DNA of 64,000 bases from Eledone cirrhosa (GCA_964016885.1 OZ024762.1:24924001-24988000), one strand, 5' to 3'; counted from the first letter of the stretch, positions 35,427 to 50,610 are shown. Made by a program: numbers and translations. The notes: generated by a model from the sequence alone, not told the origin.

Positions 35427-38400
35427 CTACAGGATGGTATACAGAGAAGGCCCATTTACACGAGCCATTCTCGCCACTATCACCCACCTTTCATAAAACT
35501 GCCTGTGGCCAAGCACCTCTCTCTCCATTCTTATCCTTCTTCCGAAGTGATATCGGAAGAAGTAGACCAGACTATGGCCAGAGAGGAAGTTGCCTGACCT
35601 CAGACCTTTCAATCGTGTCCACCAAACAACCTCTTTCAACATGGCTATTACGCACAGAAAAACCGCCTTTGCTTCCTTTGTGAAGAGAGGAGGCGGTTTG
35701 ATTGTCATCACGGACTCGGCGGTCAATTGAATCGGCGCCACCCGCGACAGCAGTCGTTCGGCGTAGCCCCACAGATCAGCCGCGCCCGGACATTGCACCA
35801 ATGCGTGCACAACGGTTTCTTCGTGACGCACGCATCTAGGGCAAAACTTTTTTGAGGGATCCCTGCCCGGGCGCCCGTGTCTGTAGAGCCTCTCTCGAAC
35901 GGGTAGAGCCCCCCGGTAGCACTGCCAGGCTAGTGACTTCTGGAAGTTGTTCATTGGTCCCGGGCCGAAAGTCCTACCGAACAGGCTGGCCAGTTCGTCC
36001 TCATCCATGTCCAGCGACTCTCCAAGGGTGTCATCGCCCCTGCTCTCCACCAGCCCTCTATAGAATGATGAGGTGGGTTCTCCACCGACGGCCTGGCCCG
36101 CTTGCCAGAGAGCCCTGAGCGCCTGAGCACACTCAGTGTGCCAGTCTCCCAGTTTTCCGGATCTTTGCTTGACCCAGGACTGCAGCTCGGTGAGCGAGAC
36201 GAGTCTCGGAAAGGCTCGTTTCACGAACGGAGCCCACACCGGTTGACCAGTGAGGAATACCTGTAGGTGCCGTAGCCTTAATGCGTGCCTACGCATCATC
36301 AACCACGGCATCCCCAGCCCTCCTTTCGAAGGTTGTTGGCAGCAGATGGATCTTCTCACCATAGGAGGGCGCTTCTTCCAAAGAAATTGGAAGAGCATGC
36401 GTTCCATGGAGGTGTGTGTTTCCTTAGGGCAAGGCACGACAGTCAGGCGGTAGTAAGTGACGGACGCTATGTAAATGTTCGCCACCTCCGCCCGGCCTTT
36501 TAGGGACAGCTTACACTTGGCCCATTTCTGGGTTAGTGCAAACACCTTGTTCGTAACCTCGTTCCAGTTCTTTTCCACCTGGAGGTCCGGTCCAAACCAG
36601 ACCCCAAGCAACTTTACCGGGCCCTCCGTCCAGTGTCCGACGACACCATCGGGAGGCATCGGTCTGCCTCTCCACGTTCCGAGTTGCAGCCCGATGGATT
36701 TTTCCCGGTTCAGTTTCGCTCCTGACAACCTTTCGTAATCCTCCAATAAGGTACCGATCGCCTCGATCTCCGAGTCGGTCGATACCATTACTGTTACGTC
36801 ATCGGCGTAGGCCGACACCGCTTTGCTCAATCCTGGTTCCAGGGGGATACCCTGCAACAACTCCAACTTCCTCAGTAAAGGCTCGAGAGTCAATACGTAC
36901 AGAAGGGAGGACAGAGGGGACCCCTGTCGAATGGATAGTGTGATTTCGAACGGTTTCGAAAGGTAGCCGTTCACCTTGATCCTAGAAGAGATGTGGTTGC
37001 TATGTAAGGCAGAGATCCAGCCTCTGAAAACAGGACCGAACCCAGCCGCCGCTAGCACCGCATCCAGGTAACCATGGTCGACCCTATCGAAGGCCTTAGA
37101 CTGATCCAAGTTGATCAGGGCCCCACCGAAGCCGGGTTTGTTGCCAACCCTCTCTATGATGTATCGCATGAGGTGGAGGTTATCGTGAATGGACCTGGAT
37201 GGGATAGCACATGTCTGCGCATCTCCCACCAGGCCACCCACGACAAGCGCCAACCTTTTTGCTAACACCTTGGCCAAAATCTTTAACTCTGTGTTTAGCA
37301 GCGTTATGGGCCGAAAATTATTTATACTATCTCCCTTGTTCTCGTCCTTCCTCACCAGCGTGACTACGCCCTTGGCTACAGAACAAGGAATTCTCCCGTT
37401 CTGCTGCCAATTGCAGTAGACCGCTTCGAGGAGTTCGGAGAAGAAGACCGGCATTGCTAAATAAAGTTCGTAAGGTATACCATCGAGACCTGGAGATTTG
37501 CGTCTGCTGCATTGGCTCAGGGCACCTCCGATCTCATTAGCCGAGATTGGTCCCTCGCAGGACTCTGCCTCTTCGCTCGAGAGACGCGGCAGGCCGTCGA
37601 GGTATGGACCGAAATCCACGTCCCCGCCCGGACCCTCGCCTCCCCCGAACAATCGGGCAAAGTGCCTTTGAAAGGCCTCGCACATCTGCTTAGGCTCCCG
37701 GATCACCCGTCCATCTTCGTCTTGCAACGCGGGCCCAGCCAACGGCTTTGGCCCCCTCATTACCTAGAGCACGTATTTTACTTCGAATGACGCAGCCTTC
37801 GTGCTTTGCATCGAAAAACTGGTTCAAGGCCGTCCTCGATGCCAGCACTCTGGCCACATCTTCGCTCTTGATTGCCTCTTCTAATTTACCTGTTAATTCT
37901 TTCTCGTTTCTATTCCTATCGGCAGCTAACATCTTGCTATAACTTATTGATTCTGTTCTAATCTCTCTTTTGAGAGATGCTCAACATCGGTTGTTGACGA
38001 TCGCACCCGTCAACCTCTCCTTAACTAATCTGCTAATCCGGTTTCTGTAAGTCTCTTTTGCCGGTAAAGACAAATTAAGTTTCCAGTAACCGGGACCCTG
38101 TTTATGTGTTTTCTCGAGATTGACTACGCAGGTCACTAATTTGTGATCCGTGTAGCCAACCGTGCGCATTTCTGGACAGCTTAATATGTCCCTATCCTTA
38201 CTTCTAACTAAGAATCTATCTAAGTACAATCTAGATTGACCACTGTGGTTTCTCCAAGTCCAGGTAGGCACAGTTGGAAAATCTAGTCGATATCTATCGA
38301 CCAAGTTAAAACGGTCGAGTAACCCCTTGAGGCTGTTACACCCCCCTCTATTAGGACATGCTCCTGCATAGTCCCAACGTGCATCTAGGATGTCATTCCA

Positions 38401-38823
38401 ATCCCCCGCTAGAAGCAGGGAACGCGACGTTCCCAGAAAAGTCTCCAAACGCTGGAAGAAGTCGGGCCGTTCAGCTCCGAAAGGGGAGTAGACGGCGACC
38501 AGTCTCAAGGCCGCACCTTCACTACTGCCAACGTCTAGCACCAACAAACGACCCTCCGGGTCCGAGTGCACAACCTGTACGGCAAGACCCAGGTGTTTTT
38601 GTAGCAGTACGACAACCCCACCCCCACCTCCAGGTTGACAGAGAGATGCATGCACCTCAAAGTCATCGAAGGTAGGGGCCAGCTGCCGCACGACGCTGAT
38701 CCGAGTCTCACAGATAACCATTACATTTATACCACATGACCTGAGGTCATTTAGAAGCTTTGCTTGCTTCCAAGTTGAGCCCAGGCCACGTGCATTCAAA
38801 CATCCTACTCTTAACACATCCAT
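35427..38823 (-). pseudogene. Tx1 ORF2 (APE endonuclease, RT, zinc finger), one premature stop and one frameshift
   Basis: LNARGL, ICET, VYSP, GDWN, LDRFLV, TDHK, PGYWKLN; KSPGLDGIPYE, FRPITLLN, LDQSKAFDRV, RQGSPLS, YADDV; CPRC..ETVVHALVQC. Stop at 37981 and frame change near 37750. Confidence 0.93.
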
Positions 38824-40593
38824 GTGGGCGGCAGAGCCAAAGGAGAGTGTAGGGACCTACCTTTCCGCTTCCCGGGGTTCGGGTCGCACGACTTCCATGG
38901 GTCGGGGGTGTTGGGTGAAGGGGTGTCTTGTGGTGGTGTGGGGTCGTCAGTGTGTGGTGGGGTTGGGGTGTTTGGAGTTGTGTTGGGGAGGGGAAGGGGA
39001 GGGGGAAAGCTTTTTAGTAGGACGCGGTTTATGGGTTTGACAGAGGGTGGTCCGACGTCCCCCTTAAAATCCTTTTTTAGTTTTTGGTAGAGGTTCATTG
39101 GGATCTTTATTAATTTTAAATGTGGGTAGTTTTCTGAAGAAACAAAGTTTACACCTTCGGTTTGTACCGAAGGATTATTGTATATGAGTTCATTTAATTT
39201 ATTATTGTTTCTGTTGATGTAAGTATAGTGTAATGTCTTTTTTTCGGATGGTGTGAGTGTTTCGAAGAGGGGAGGGGCAGGTTTGGTTTTGTTTGTTGCT
39301 GGAGGGGTGTTTTCTGTTTTGGTGGATTGTGTTGACATTTGGGTGGGGGTTGTTTGGCCTTGTGTGTTTTGCACATGTTTTCTTTTTTTCCTTTTAATCT
39401 GTCTGAAGGACTCCGTTTCTTCCTCCGAATTCGTTGGGTTATCTTCAGTGTTGGAGGGAAGAGGTATGTTTGCTGGTAATGTTTCCGTGTTGGTTTTCTT
39501 TGTGGGGGAGATGGATGTCACTATGTTAGACTGTGTTGTGTGTTGTGTCTGCGGTGGTTGTGTTGTTTTATTGAGTGAGGGGTTGGGTGGGCCTGTATTT
39601 TGTTTTGGGGTAATGTGTTGTGACTGTTTGTGTTGTGGTGGTGGTGTAGTTTTACTGAGGGACGGGTTGGGTGGGACTGAGTTTTGTTGTTTGTTTATCT
39701 GTTGTGGTGGTGGTGGTGGAGCTGGTGTTGGTAGTAGGGTTTTCTTTTTGTTGAGTTGGGGACAAGCGGCCTTCAGGTGCCCTCTTCCTGCACAGATATG
39801 ACAGGACGGCCTTCTCCCCTCTACGCTAATGTTTATATACCCGTGGCCCTCTAATAGGATTCTGTAGGGTATTTGGGCGATGCGTTCAGGCTTCATTTGC
39901 ACTACCAGCTCTATACCTGTTCCACTGAACGCATTGCCTGTGGTTTTCCCAATGGAAATCACGTTGTCATTCACTGGATCGATGAAGCCAGCTATGAGCC
40001 AGCAGTAGTCCACATCTGGCATCATTGCATCCAGCCATATGCGTTGAGTTCTTTTACCCATATAAGATGGATAAAAGGTAACATTTTTCGAACGAATCGG
40101 TGACAAAGCACATTTTATTGCCGCCGATTCGTTCTTCATAATAATTGCTAGGCTTCCATACAGTCTGTCTTTTCTTATGAAAGTGGTTTCATTAAGTACT
40201 TCTGTGAGTACTGTTTCGATATCTGCTTGAGTTGGCTGTTCAGGTTTTTTTGAAGTGTTGTTGATGGTGCGGAACACGACCGTTCGACTTTCAATGTCTT
40301 TGGTGTGTTCTTGAGGCATTTTTACCGATAAAATACCATTCTCTCCTTCACTTATGTATTGTTTGGCGTCTGTGATTCTTCCGTGCCACATCTGAAATAT
40401 TTTCAGGTATATATGTCAAAAATTTCTTTGTTGTTTGTGCAAATGAAATTTTGTTTACTTTGTCGTCTGCTTTGCTTTCTGTTATGTTGTTTTCAAATGT
40501 TATTTTTGTGTTTGTTGTGTCTTTGTTTGTGGTATTAATATTGTCATGCAATTTTTCAAATTTTTTTTTTCCGTTGATGGAATCCATGTCCAA
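38811..40593 (-). CDS. Tx1 ORF1 (gag-like CCHC knuckle, Pro/Thr/Gln-rich tail), split by a frameshift near 40350-40415
   Basis: EGRRPSCHICAGRGHLKAAC = CX2CX4HX4C. The N-terminal part is ORF 40348-40593. The stop overlaps the ORF2 start (ATGGATGTGTTAA). Confidence 0.85.
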
Positions 40594-41482
40594 TATATAT
40601 ATAGATAGATAAATAGATAGATAGATGGATAGATATATGGATACATATACAGATAGAGACTGCGAGAAGACGATACTAACTATATATTTAGAATATGGAT
40701 AATTCTACAACATTTATGATGAATATTTATGATGGTAATGATGATGATGATGGCGAATGAGAAGGGGTAAAGGTGATTCAATGTGTGAGTTCCGAGATTC
40801 TCGTGTGAAAAGATTTGAATATTTCTAGCAACAGATTCTATTTATCATATATTCCCGTTTAAGAAACGCTGAATATAATTCTAACATTGAATTGTGGAGA
40901 AGGAAATATAGTTGTGTGGTGGTTTGTTGTTGTTTTTGTTGTTGTGGTTGTGGTTATTGTGATTATTGATGTGGTTGTTGTTGTTGATGTGGTTGTTGAT
41001 GTGGTTGTTGTGGTTGTTGTTGTGTGGTTGCTGTGGTTGTTGTGGTTGTAGTTGAAGATGTTGTTGTTGTTGTGGTTGGTTTGGTTGTTGTGGTTGTTGT
41101 TGTGGTGGTTGTGGTTGGTGTTGTTGTGGTGGTTGTGGTTGTTGTTGTTGTGGTTGTTGTTGTTGTTGTTGTGGTGGTTGTGGTTGTTGTTGTTGTTGTG
41201 CTGGTGGTTGGTTGTGGTTGTAGTTGAAGATGTTGTTGTTGTGGTGGTGGTTGGTTGTTGTCGTTGTTGTTGTTATTGCTGTTGTTGTTGTTTTTGTTGT
41301 TATTGTTGTTGTTGTTAGTACTGCTGTTGTTGTTGTTGTGTTGTACAAGGGATGATTGACATTCCCTCTTTTCTTTCCTTTTTTTTGACAGAGTTGCTTG
41401 CTAACCTATATTTTGACAACAATCTATCTATTTGTCTGTCTATTAAACATGGATATTCATATATATATATACACACACACAC

Positions 41483-41517
<35 letters not shown>

Positions 41518-41803
41518 AAAACAAGCCATATTGACCAACATATGAACTTCTGACTTTACCATATAGCATGTATTTATTTTCTACTAGCATCTTAAAGGTT
41601 CCGTCGAGCTGCGGATTATAGAGTTGGCTAAGATCGATACAGATCAAACTTTGAGCTGATCAGTGGAGAAACGCGCGTCACCTACCAATAAATGTAATGA
41701 AGGAGTAACCAATCGTCCTTGTTATCTGTTCAATATAATACACGGTGTAGAGCTCTACACCTCGACACAGAAGTGAACCTACAGTATCTCCAAGTTACAC
41801 TCC

Positions 41804-42054
<251 letters not shown>

Positions 42055-42155
42055 GAAACATACACACATCAACACACGATCACACGTATATATATATATG
42101 TGTGTGTGTCTGTGTGTGTGCGTGTGTGTATGTATGTGTGTGTGAGAGAGAGAGA

Positions 42156-42198
<43 letters not shown>

Positions 42199-42209
42199 CG
42201 AGAGAGAGA

Positions 42210-42297
<88 letters not shown>

Positions 42298-42640
42298 GTG
42301 TGTGTGTGTGAGTGGGAGATATATACATATTTTAAACAAAAATGGCGCAGAAGACTGTTTCACGGCCGCAAACCTTATGGATAAAGCTGCGATTGCAGAA
42401 CAAGAAGTATAGCTAGGTATGGCCTTTCAGAAAATATTTTATCTGTCAGAATGTGAATTATTTGTTGGAATCAGATTTTAAGAATGGTTTGTCTGGCATT
42501 CAAAATGACACTTGTTACCATCAAAAGGTTCCAAGCTATGAATAATATCATCTTTCACAGCCAATTCGATGAAAGCGACATTTGTAATAGAAATTTGGAT
42601 TCAAGATTAGACGGCCGGAGATTGCTTATGTTTGTATGTA

Positions 42641-42745
<105 letters not shown>

Positions 42746-42787
42746 GTATCTGTTTGTCTATCTATCTATTTATCTCTCTCTCTCTCT

Positions 42788-42883
<96 letters not shown>

Positions 42884-42928
42884 GTATATATATATACATA
42901 TGTGTCTGTTTGTCTATCTATCTATCTA

Positions 42929-42961
<33 letters not shown>

Positions 42962-43008
42962 GTTTGTCAATCTGTTTACGTATCTTGTGATCCATCTTCT
43001 CCCTCTCT

Positions 43009-43074
<66 letters not shown>

Positions 43075-43095
43075 TACATACATATATACATACAC

Positions 43096-43741
<646 letters not shown>

Positions 43742-43862
43742 AATGGTAGCTATGATGCTTCCATAGGCGGTATGCCAGTTGAGCACTCTATGTTCTCACA
43801 GAGCAGAGCGTGATATAATATAAAACGAAAAGTCAGTGGCGCATCTAGACTCAGTTTATTGT

Positions 43863-43950
43863 GTGTTACAATTGTTTCGCCGGCAGATAGCTCGAGACAC
43901 GATCATTGTATGGATCTGTCTGATTCTAGATCTGCAGGTTCTTCGGACAC
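43863..43950 (-). ncRNA. HHR-like motif, stem III CAATTG, core CCGAAGA (mutated)
   Basis: GTGT-CCGAAGA-ACCTGCAGAT...ATCTGCCGGC-GAAA-CAATTG-TA-ACAC. A related decayed copy lies at about 50329-50419 (+). Confidence 0.6.
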
Positions 43951-43953
43951 TTT

Positions 43954-44055
<102 letters not shown>

Positions 44056-44129
44056 CCTCAGATATATATTAACCTTATTCATTATTCTCCAATTTTGTAG
44101 AGAAAAATTCTGTCGTTCTATCTAGCTGC

Positions 44130-44166
<37 letters not shown>

Positions 44167-44323
44167 GTAGCGATCATAGACAACAAGTCTACGATTTCCC
44201 GCCTTCACTATACACCAACGTATTTATGGCTCACTTTCACGACCTTTCAGACCTGTATTAGTTGGAGTGTGGTCATATATTTTTTATCGTTCCTGGGTTT
44301 TTAAACCTAGGAAAGGAAAATGC

Positions 44324-44401
44324 TTCTCTGATGATCTTTGCTTTTCCATTAATATCCATGTGATATCTAATGTTTTGCAACGGGAAACTGTACAGTTAGG
44401 G
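44324..44401 (+). ncRNA. Type I HHR, stem III CTGTACAG
   Basis: TTCT-CTGATGA-TCTTTGC...GCAACGG-GAAA-CTGTACAG-TT-AGGG. Confidence 0.65.
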
Positions 44402-44516
44402 CTATCTGAATAGGTAAATATTTATATTATATTTTTTAATTTTGATTAATGTTAATTGTAAATTAATTTTGATTTATTTTGAAAAATTGGTTGAATTTTA
44501 CTTGTTCTGCTTATCT

Positions 44517-44607
<91 letters not shown>

Positions 44608-44610
<3 letters not shown>

Positions 44611-47468
44611 GACAGGAAGGAGAGAACTCATGGTGGGGTTGCTCTGTATATCCGTGAAGATGTCACACCAATTGTACTGTTGGCACATTCAAACTCAGTC
44701 TGTGACACACTGATAGTACATATGAAGCAACTACAGACAGTAATATCCGCCGCCCGATGCCCCCAGTCACGAGGGTAAATTTGAGGATAGCCTAAGTAGA
44801 ATAGAAGAGGTCCTTGACAAACTGGACCAGGGTCTCAACATTCTACTGCTGGGAGACTTCAACCTACCAAAGGTCAAATGGCCTGAGGGCCACCTCCTAC
44901 CTGGAATGACGTCAATAGAACAGAGACAGACGGAATCCCTGCTGGCCCTCACACACAGGCTGTTCATGGAGCAAGCAATACTCCTCCCAACAAGAGGCGA
45001 AAATGTCCTGGGCCTCTGTTTTACAAACAACGAGGTGCTCATCCACAATGTAAATGTGACATCAACAATTCTCTCAGATCATAACTTAGTAGAGCTAATG
45101 ATATGTGGTCCGAGAGAACCAACAGAGACAAAACCACCAAGAAGCTCCAGGACGCTATCCAGCCTTAACTTCTACAAGGCTAACTGGAAAAAGATTAAGA
45201 GTGAAATTCGGAAGCAAACATGGAGTGAAAACACCGCCACACAAGACACTAACACACAATTTCAACACTTCATGACAACGATACACACTATATGCAAAAA
45301 GTTTGTCCCGGAGAAAGAGGCAAACAGACACACAAATCTTATTCCCAGAGATAGGAAAATCCTTATGAGACGTAGAACTAAACTCTCAAACCAGTTGAAT
45401 AGTCAACAAAACAAAAACAAGAAGGAATCCTATTTGAAATGTGCATTACTTGGCACCGAGATTGCACTCAAGCTTTCCCATGAGAATGAGAGGGCAACGA
45501 AAGAGAACAGGGCCATAGAAAACATTAAAACAAACCCTAAGGCCTTCTTTAAATTTGCAAAAGAAACTGCCTCAGTACACTGCAAGATTGGGCCACTCTT
45601 CCATACGGACGGTTCATTAACCGAAAACCCCAAACAGATATGTGAAATACTGAACGAACAGTACAAAAGTGTGTTCACATGTCCACTGAGGCACATGCAA
45701 ATAATGAAGCCAGAGGAGTTCTTTGATGCCACATCACTACATGAAGAAATGGTAACCATCAACCACATAGACATAACGGAGGAGGATGTGGTGTACGCCA
45801 TTGATGAAATTAGAACAGACTCGGCTGCTGGACCTGATGGATTCCCAGCAGTTCTCTTAAAAATATGTAAGCAACTCCACTGAAGATGCTCTTCAGAAGC
45901 TCCTTGGCTAGCGGTGTACTACCCAGGGAGCTGAAAGAAGGCACAATATGCCCTATCCATAAAGGAGGTAGCAGAGCGGAGGCCAAACACTATAGGCCAG
46001 TCTCCCTGACGTCGCATATCAGTAAGGTCATGGAGCGAGTCGTCAGAAAGAAACTGATCACTTTCCTCGAGGAAAATGACCGCCTGACTAGCACGCAACA
46101 TGGCTTCCGCTCAGGAAGAAGCTGCCTTACACAGCTGCTACATCACTACGACTGGGTACTGAGACAACTACTAGACAGCTCACATGTGGACGTGATCTAT
46201 CTTGACTTTGCGAAGGCCTTTGACAAGGTCGACCACGGAATGATATGTCACAAACTACACGGACTCGGCATAACTGGAAAAGTAGGTGAGTGGTTGCATG
46301 GCTTCCTAAGGGACAGAAGCCAGGCAGTCGCAGCAAATGGGGCCCTCTCAAAGGAAACACCGATAACAAGTGGGGTGCCCCAGGGGACAGTCCTGGGACC
46401 ACTACTGTATTTGGTGGCTCTCTCAGACATGTCCTCTGTAGTACATACAACAACATCCCTCACTAGCTATGCTGATGACACTAAGGTAGCACAGGCAATC
46501 AAAAACCCGGCTGACGTTGCCCTTTTACAGCAGGATCTGGATGCCATATACAAATGGGCGGAAGAAAACAACATGCAGTTTAATGCTGGCAAATTCCAAG
46601 CTCTACAATACAAACCTCCAAACAAACCTGCAAACACAAATATAGTGGAACACAACTACACAGGACCAGGAGGGACCGATATCCCCGTGTCAAAATCGAT
46701 ACGAGACCTGGGCATAGACATGAGCGATGATGCATCTTTTTCTTCACACATCATGAAAGTGGCGACAATGTGCAGACGACTCGCTGGCTGGATCTTGAGG
46801 ACTTTCCGGACAAGAGATCAAGACATCATGTTGACACTATGGAGGACATTTGTCCTAAGCCGCCTGGACTACTGCTCCCAGTTGTGGTCACCCCATAGTG
46901 TCAAACTAACCACGGAGCTTGAGGCAATCCAGCGAAGCTACACCAAGAGGATTGCCAAGATGAGGGAGACAAGCTACTGGGAGAGGCTAAAGGAACTGAA
47001 CCTCTACTCCTTGGAACGAAGACGGGAGAGATACGCAGTGATCTACATGTGGAAAAGCCTGGAGGGACTAGCACCAAACTTTGGCATTGGGAGCTGGACC
47101 AACCGTCGAACAGGACGTCACTGTGTGGTGCTAAAGGTCCCGTCTTCCACATCTAGAATAAGGAGCAGGTATTGCAATAGCCTGGGATTCAAGGGCCCGC
47201 AACACTTCAACAGGCTGCCGAGGGATCTGAGAGATTTGTATGGCGTGGAGGTGGATGTCTTCAAGAAATATCTCGACACCTTGATATCCAGGATCCCGGA
47301 TGAGTCTACAGCTAGACACGAGGGAAACCTAAGGGCAGCAGCAACAAACTCCCTCTTACACCAGTGGCCAACCTATACAGGCTGGAGATAAAATGTGTAG
47401 CAACAAGGGCGGTGCCCCAGCATCGCCTCAGCCGGATGGCTGAAACAGGTAAAAGAGTAAAAGAGTAT
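44608..47468 (+). mobile_element. CR1-type LINE, 5'-truncated and frameshifted
   Basis: APE: GGVALYI, LLGDFNLP, PTRGEN, SDH. RT: AAGPDG, YRPVSLTS, QHGFR, YLDFAKAFDKV, GVPQGTVLGP, YADDTK; then LDYCSQLWSP, LERRRER. Tail (AAAAGAGT)2. Confidence 0.9.
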
Positions 47469-48303
47469 ACCATACACAATCCTTCAACTAATCTACAAAT
47501 TATTCCACACATTTTATGTATAAGTATATAAATATATACGCGCGAACACAGACACACTTCCAAAAATACACACTCACAGACATGCATTCGCACAAACACA
47601 CACACACACACATATTCATTTACACAAACAAACACATACAGATAGACGCACGCACAGCGTATTAAATGGTACACCAGCTGCTGTTTAGCAATATATTTTT
47701 CACCATCCCCTTCCTTTATTTTATACATACATACATTCTCTCTCTCACATACACACACAAAACACATTGTGTGACGGACGGACGGAAATGACTCAAATTT
47801 ATATATAGATTCCTTGCCGCTCTCGGCTCTCTTTGAATTCAAATGCCACTGAGGTCAAATTTGTCTTTCTCTCTTTGTCATTTCCATCCTCTCTCTCTCT
47901 TTCTTTCTCTCTCTCTTTCTCATTTCCAACCTCACTCTCTCTTTCTCATCCGTCTCTCTCTCTCTTTCTCATTTCCATCCTCTCCCTCTCTTTCTCATAC
48001 CCTACTCTCTCTCCCTCTTTCTCATTTCCATCCTATCCTCTCTTTCTCATCCATCTCTCTCTCTATATATCCCCCCTCTCTCTCTCCATCTTTCTCATTT
48101 CCATCCTCGCTCTCTCTTTCTCATCCACCGCTCTCGCTCTCGCTCTCCCGGAGAAGAGATTCTCCATGTTCAGGTCTGTAGAAGTGACTGACTCTCACCT
48201 ATTAAAGATGACGAGGGCGCGGTGATATGTTAATAGGGCAACACTACCACTCCATCAACAGTTACTCTATTTCTGGGAGTATATATGTATGTATGGATTA
48301 TAT

Positions 48304-48506
48304 ATAGGAAAAAGTATAACCCCGACGGCAGAACTCAAGCCGTTTCGATTGCTATTTATTGACTGAGTCCAGAAATAGCCGTCGAAACCGCTTGATCTCT
48401 GCCGGTGGGGTCATACTTTTTCCTATTACCCATATACTCTACTACGCTAAGTATTGAGTACTCTGGTGCGTTATGGTCCATCTGGTTCCTTACCACATTT
48501 CCTTCG

Positions 48507-48508
<2 letters not shown>
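48304..48508. mobile_element. Family B element with imperfect terminal palindrome 48304-48426
   Basis: Opposite orientation to the 17665 and 52563 copies. Ends CCTTCGT followed by (TA)n. Confidence 0.8.
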
Positions 48509-48580
<72 letters not shown>

Positions 48581-48665
48581 GTATATATATATTCATATCT
48601 ATCTCTCTCTCTCTCTATCTCTCTCTCTATATATATATATATGTATATATATATTCATATTTATA

Positions 48666-48716
<51 letters not shown>

Positions 48717-48719
48717 TCA

Positions 48720-48777
<58 letters not shown>

Positions 48778-48778
48778 G

Positions 48779-49148
48779 ATATTAAATAATTGGAAAGTAT
48801 ATTTATAAAACCAAATTTATTCTATTATATATATTTCAAGGGTAGCAAAACTTTGGTACGCTTCCATCAGATAAAATACGAAGTGTGTTTTATAAATTTT
48901 GACAGAACCTTGGTACGCAATCATCAGATAAAATACACACTTTGTTTTATAAATATTGACATCTCCAGGAATGATATCTTAAAGGTTCAAGTTTTACCTG
49001 TTAAGATCTCGTTCCTGGATATGTCAATATTTATAAAAAAAAACTTTGTATTTTATCTGATGAGGGCGTACCAAAGATTTGGTAGCCTTGAAATATATAT
49101 AATAGAATAAATATGGTTTTATAAATATAGTTTCCATTTATTAATATC
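48779..49148. mobile_element. Fold-back element with HHRs (family C, stem III TATATA)
   Basis: 49051-49107 (+): TTTTAT-CTGATGA-GGGCGTACCAAAGATTTGGTAGCCTT-GAAA-TATATA-TA-ATAGAA. Inverted copy at 48820-48876 (core CTGATGG) and a partial third copy. Confidence 0.78.
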
Positions 49149-49537
49149 ATTGATATTATACTCCAGAAGAAAATGTCGAGTCCTTCGAATCAGTTATAAA
49201 TATATATAGTTGTTGAATCACCAACAAATTAAATATCCATTTGCTTATATATATATATATATATAGTTTTGTTATATATATGTGTATATGTATATTTATA
49301 TATATATGATTATGTCATTTATTTTGTCTGACCTGTTTAGCTTGACTTGTTTTTTGGCGGCTTAGGCGGTCTATAGCCTCTTGACCGCCTTCTCTGTTTG
49401 TATGGCCTTTATAACATATGTTTATTACTCTAGTATTTTAGACAATGGAGCGCTTGCCAGCATGACTCGGAATTTGCGTTACGTTTCGCTTTTTCTACCC
49501 GCCGAAATGCGATTCTCGCTTAATTTATATTTATATT

Positions 49538-49573
<36 letters not shown>

Positions 49574-49715
49574 GTATTTTCCGTAGTGTGGTAACATGAA
49601 TATTACACACAGTAGATGGACAGCTCACGTAGGGTTTGCTCGACGGTTCCAGTTGTAGTTTCAAAAGTAATCCGGAGAAATTCCTTTTACTGAACTGTAT
49701 CCATTTAAATCATTC

Positions 49716-49982
<267 letters not shown>

Positions 49983-50011
49983 TTACATACATACATACAT
50001 ACATACATATA

Positions 50012-50064
50012 GAGATTCCTGATGATTTCTAATGAATGAAACAGTTCTAGTCCTGTAGAATCTC
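50012..50064 (+). ncRNA. Stand-alone type I HHR island between microsatellites
   Basis: GAGATTC-CTGATGA-TTTCTAATGAAT-GAAA-CAGTTCTAGTCCTG-TA-GAATCTC; perfect 7-bp stem I. Confidence 0.75.
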
Positions 50065-50067
50065 ATC

Positions 50068-50214
<147 letters not shown>

Positions 50215-50487
50215 TTGTAGTCAGGTTGTTTTGTTGCGTCCATAGGCGGTATGCCGGTTGAGCACTTTAAACTCCTTCAGTGCAAAGTATAGTACATCGA
50301 ACAGAGGGCTTGCTTCGAAGTCGCTAGATGTATCGCGGGAGCTTGCGGACCCAGAGTCAGGTTCGATCCACAAACAGATCGCACCTCGAGCTGTTCACCC
50401 GAGAAACAATTGTAATACGTTAATAACTTGTGTTTCCATGCGTCACTGATTCTTCGTTTTCCATATTATTATTATTATTATTATTAT

Positions 50488-50565
<78 letters not shown>

Positions 50566-50610
50566 TATATATATATATATATATGTACACACATATATAT
50601 ATATATATTT

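Larger units (their letters stand above)
35209..40593 (-). mobile_element. Near full-length Tx1/L1-clade non-LTR retrotransposon in a (GATA)n tract
   Basis: ORF1 with a zinc knuckle, overlapping ORF2 with APE, RT and a C-terminal zinc finger. 3' UTR ends AATAAAGAAA followed by (TCTA)n. GATA repeats flank the 5' end. Confidence 0.93.
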
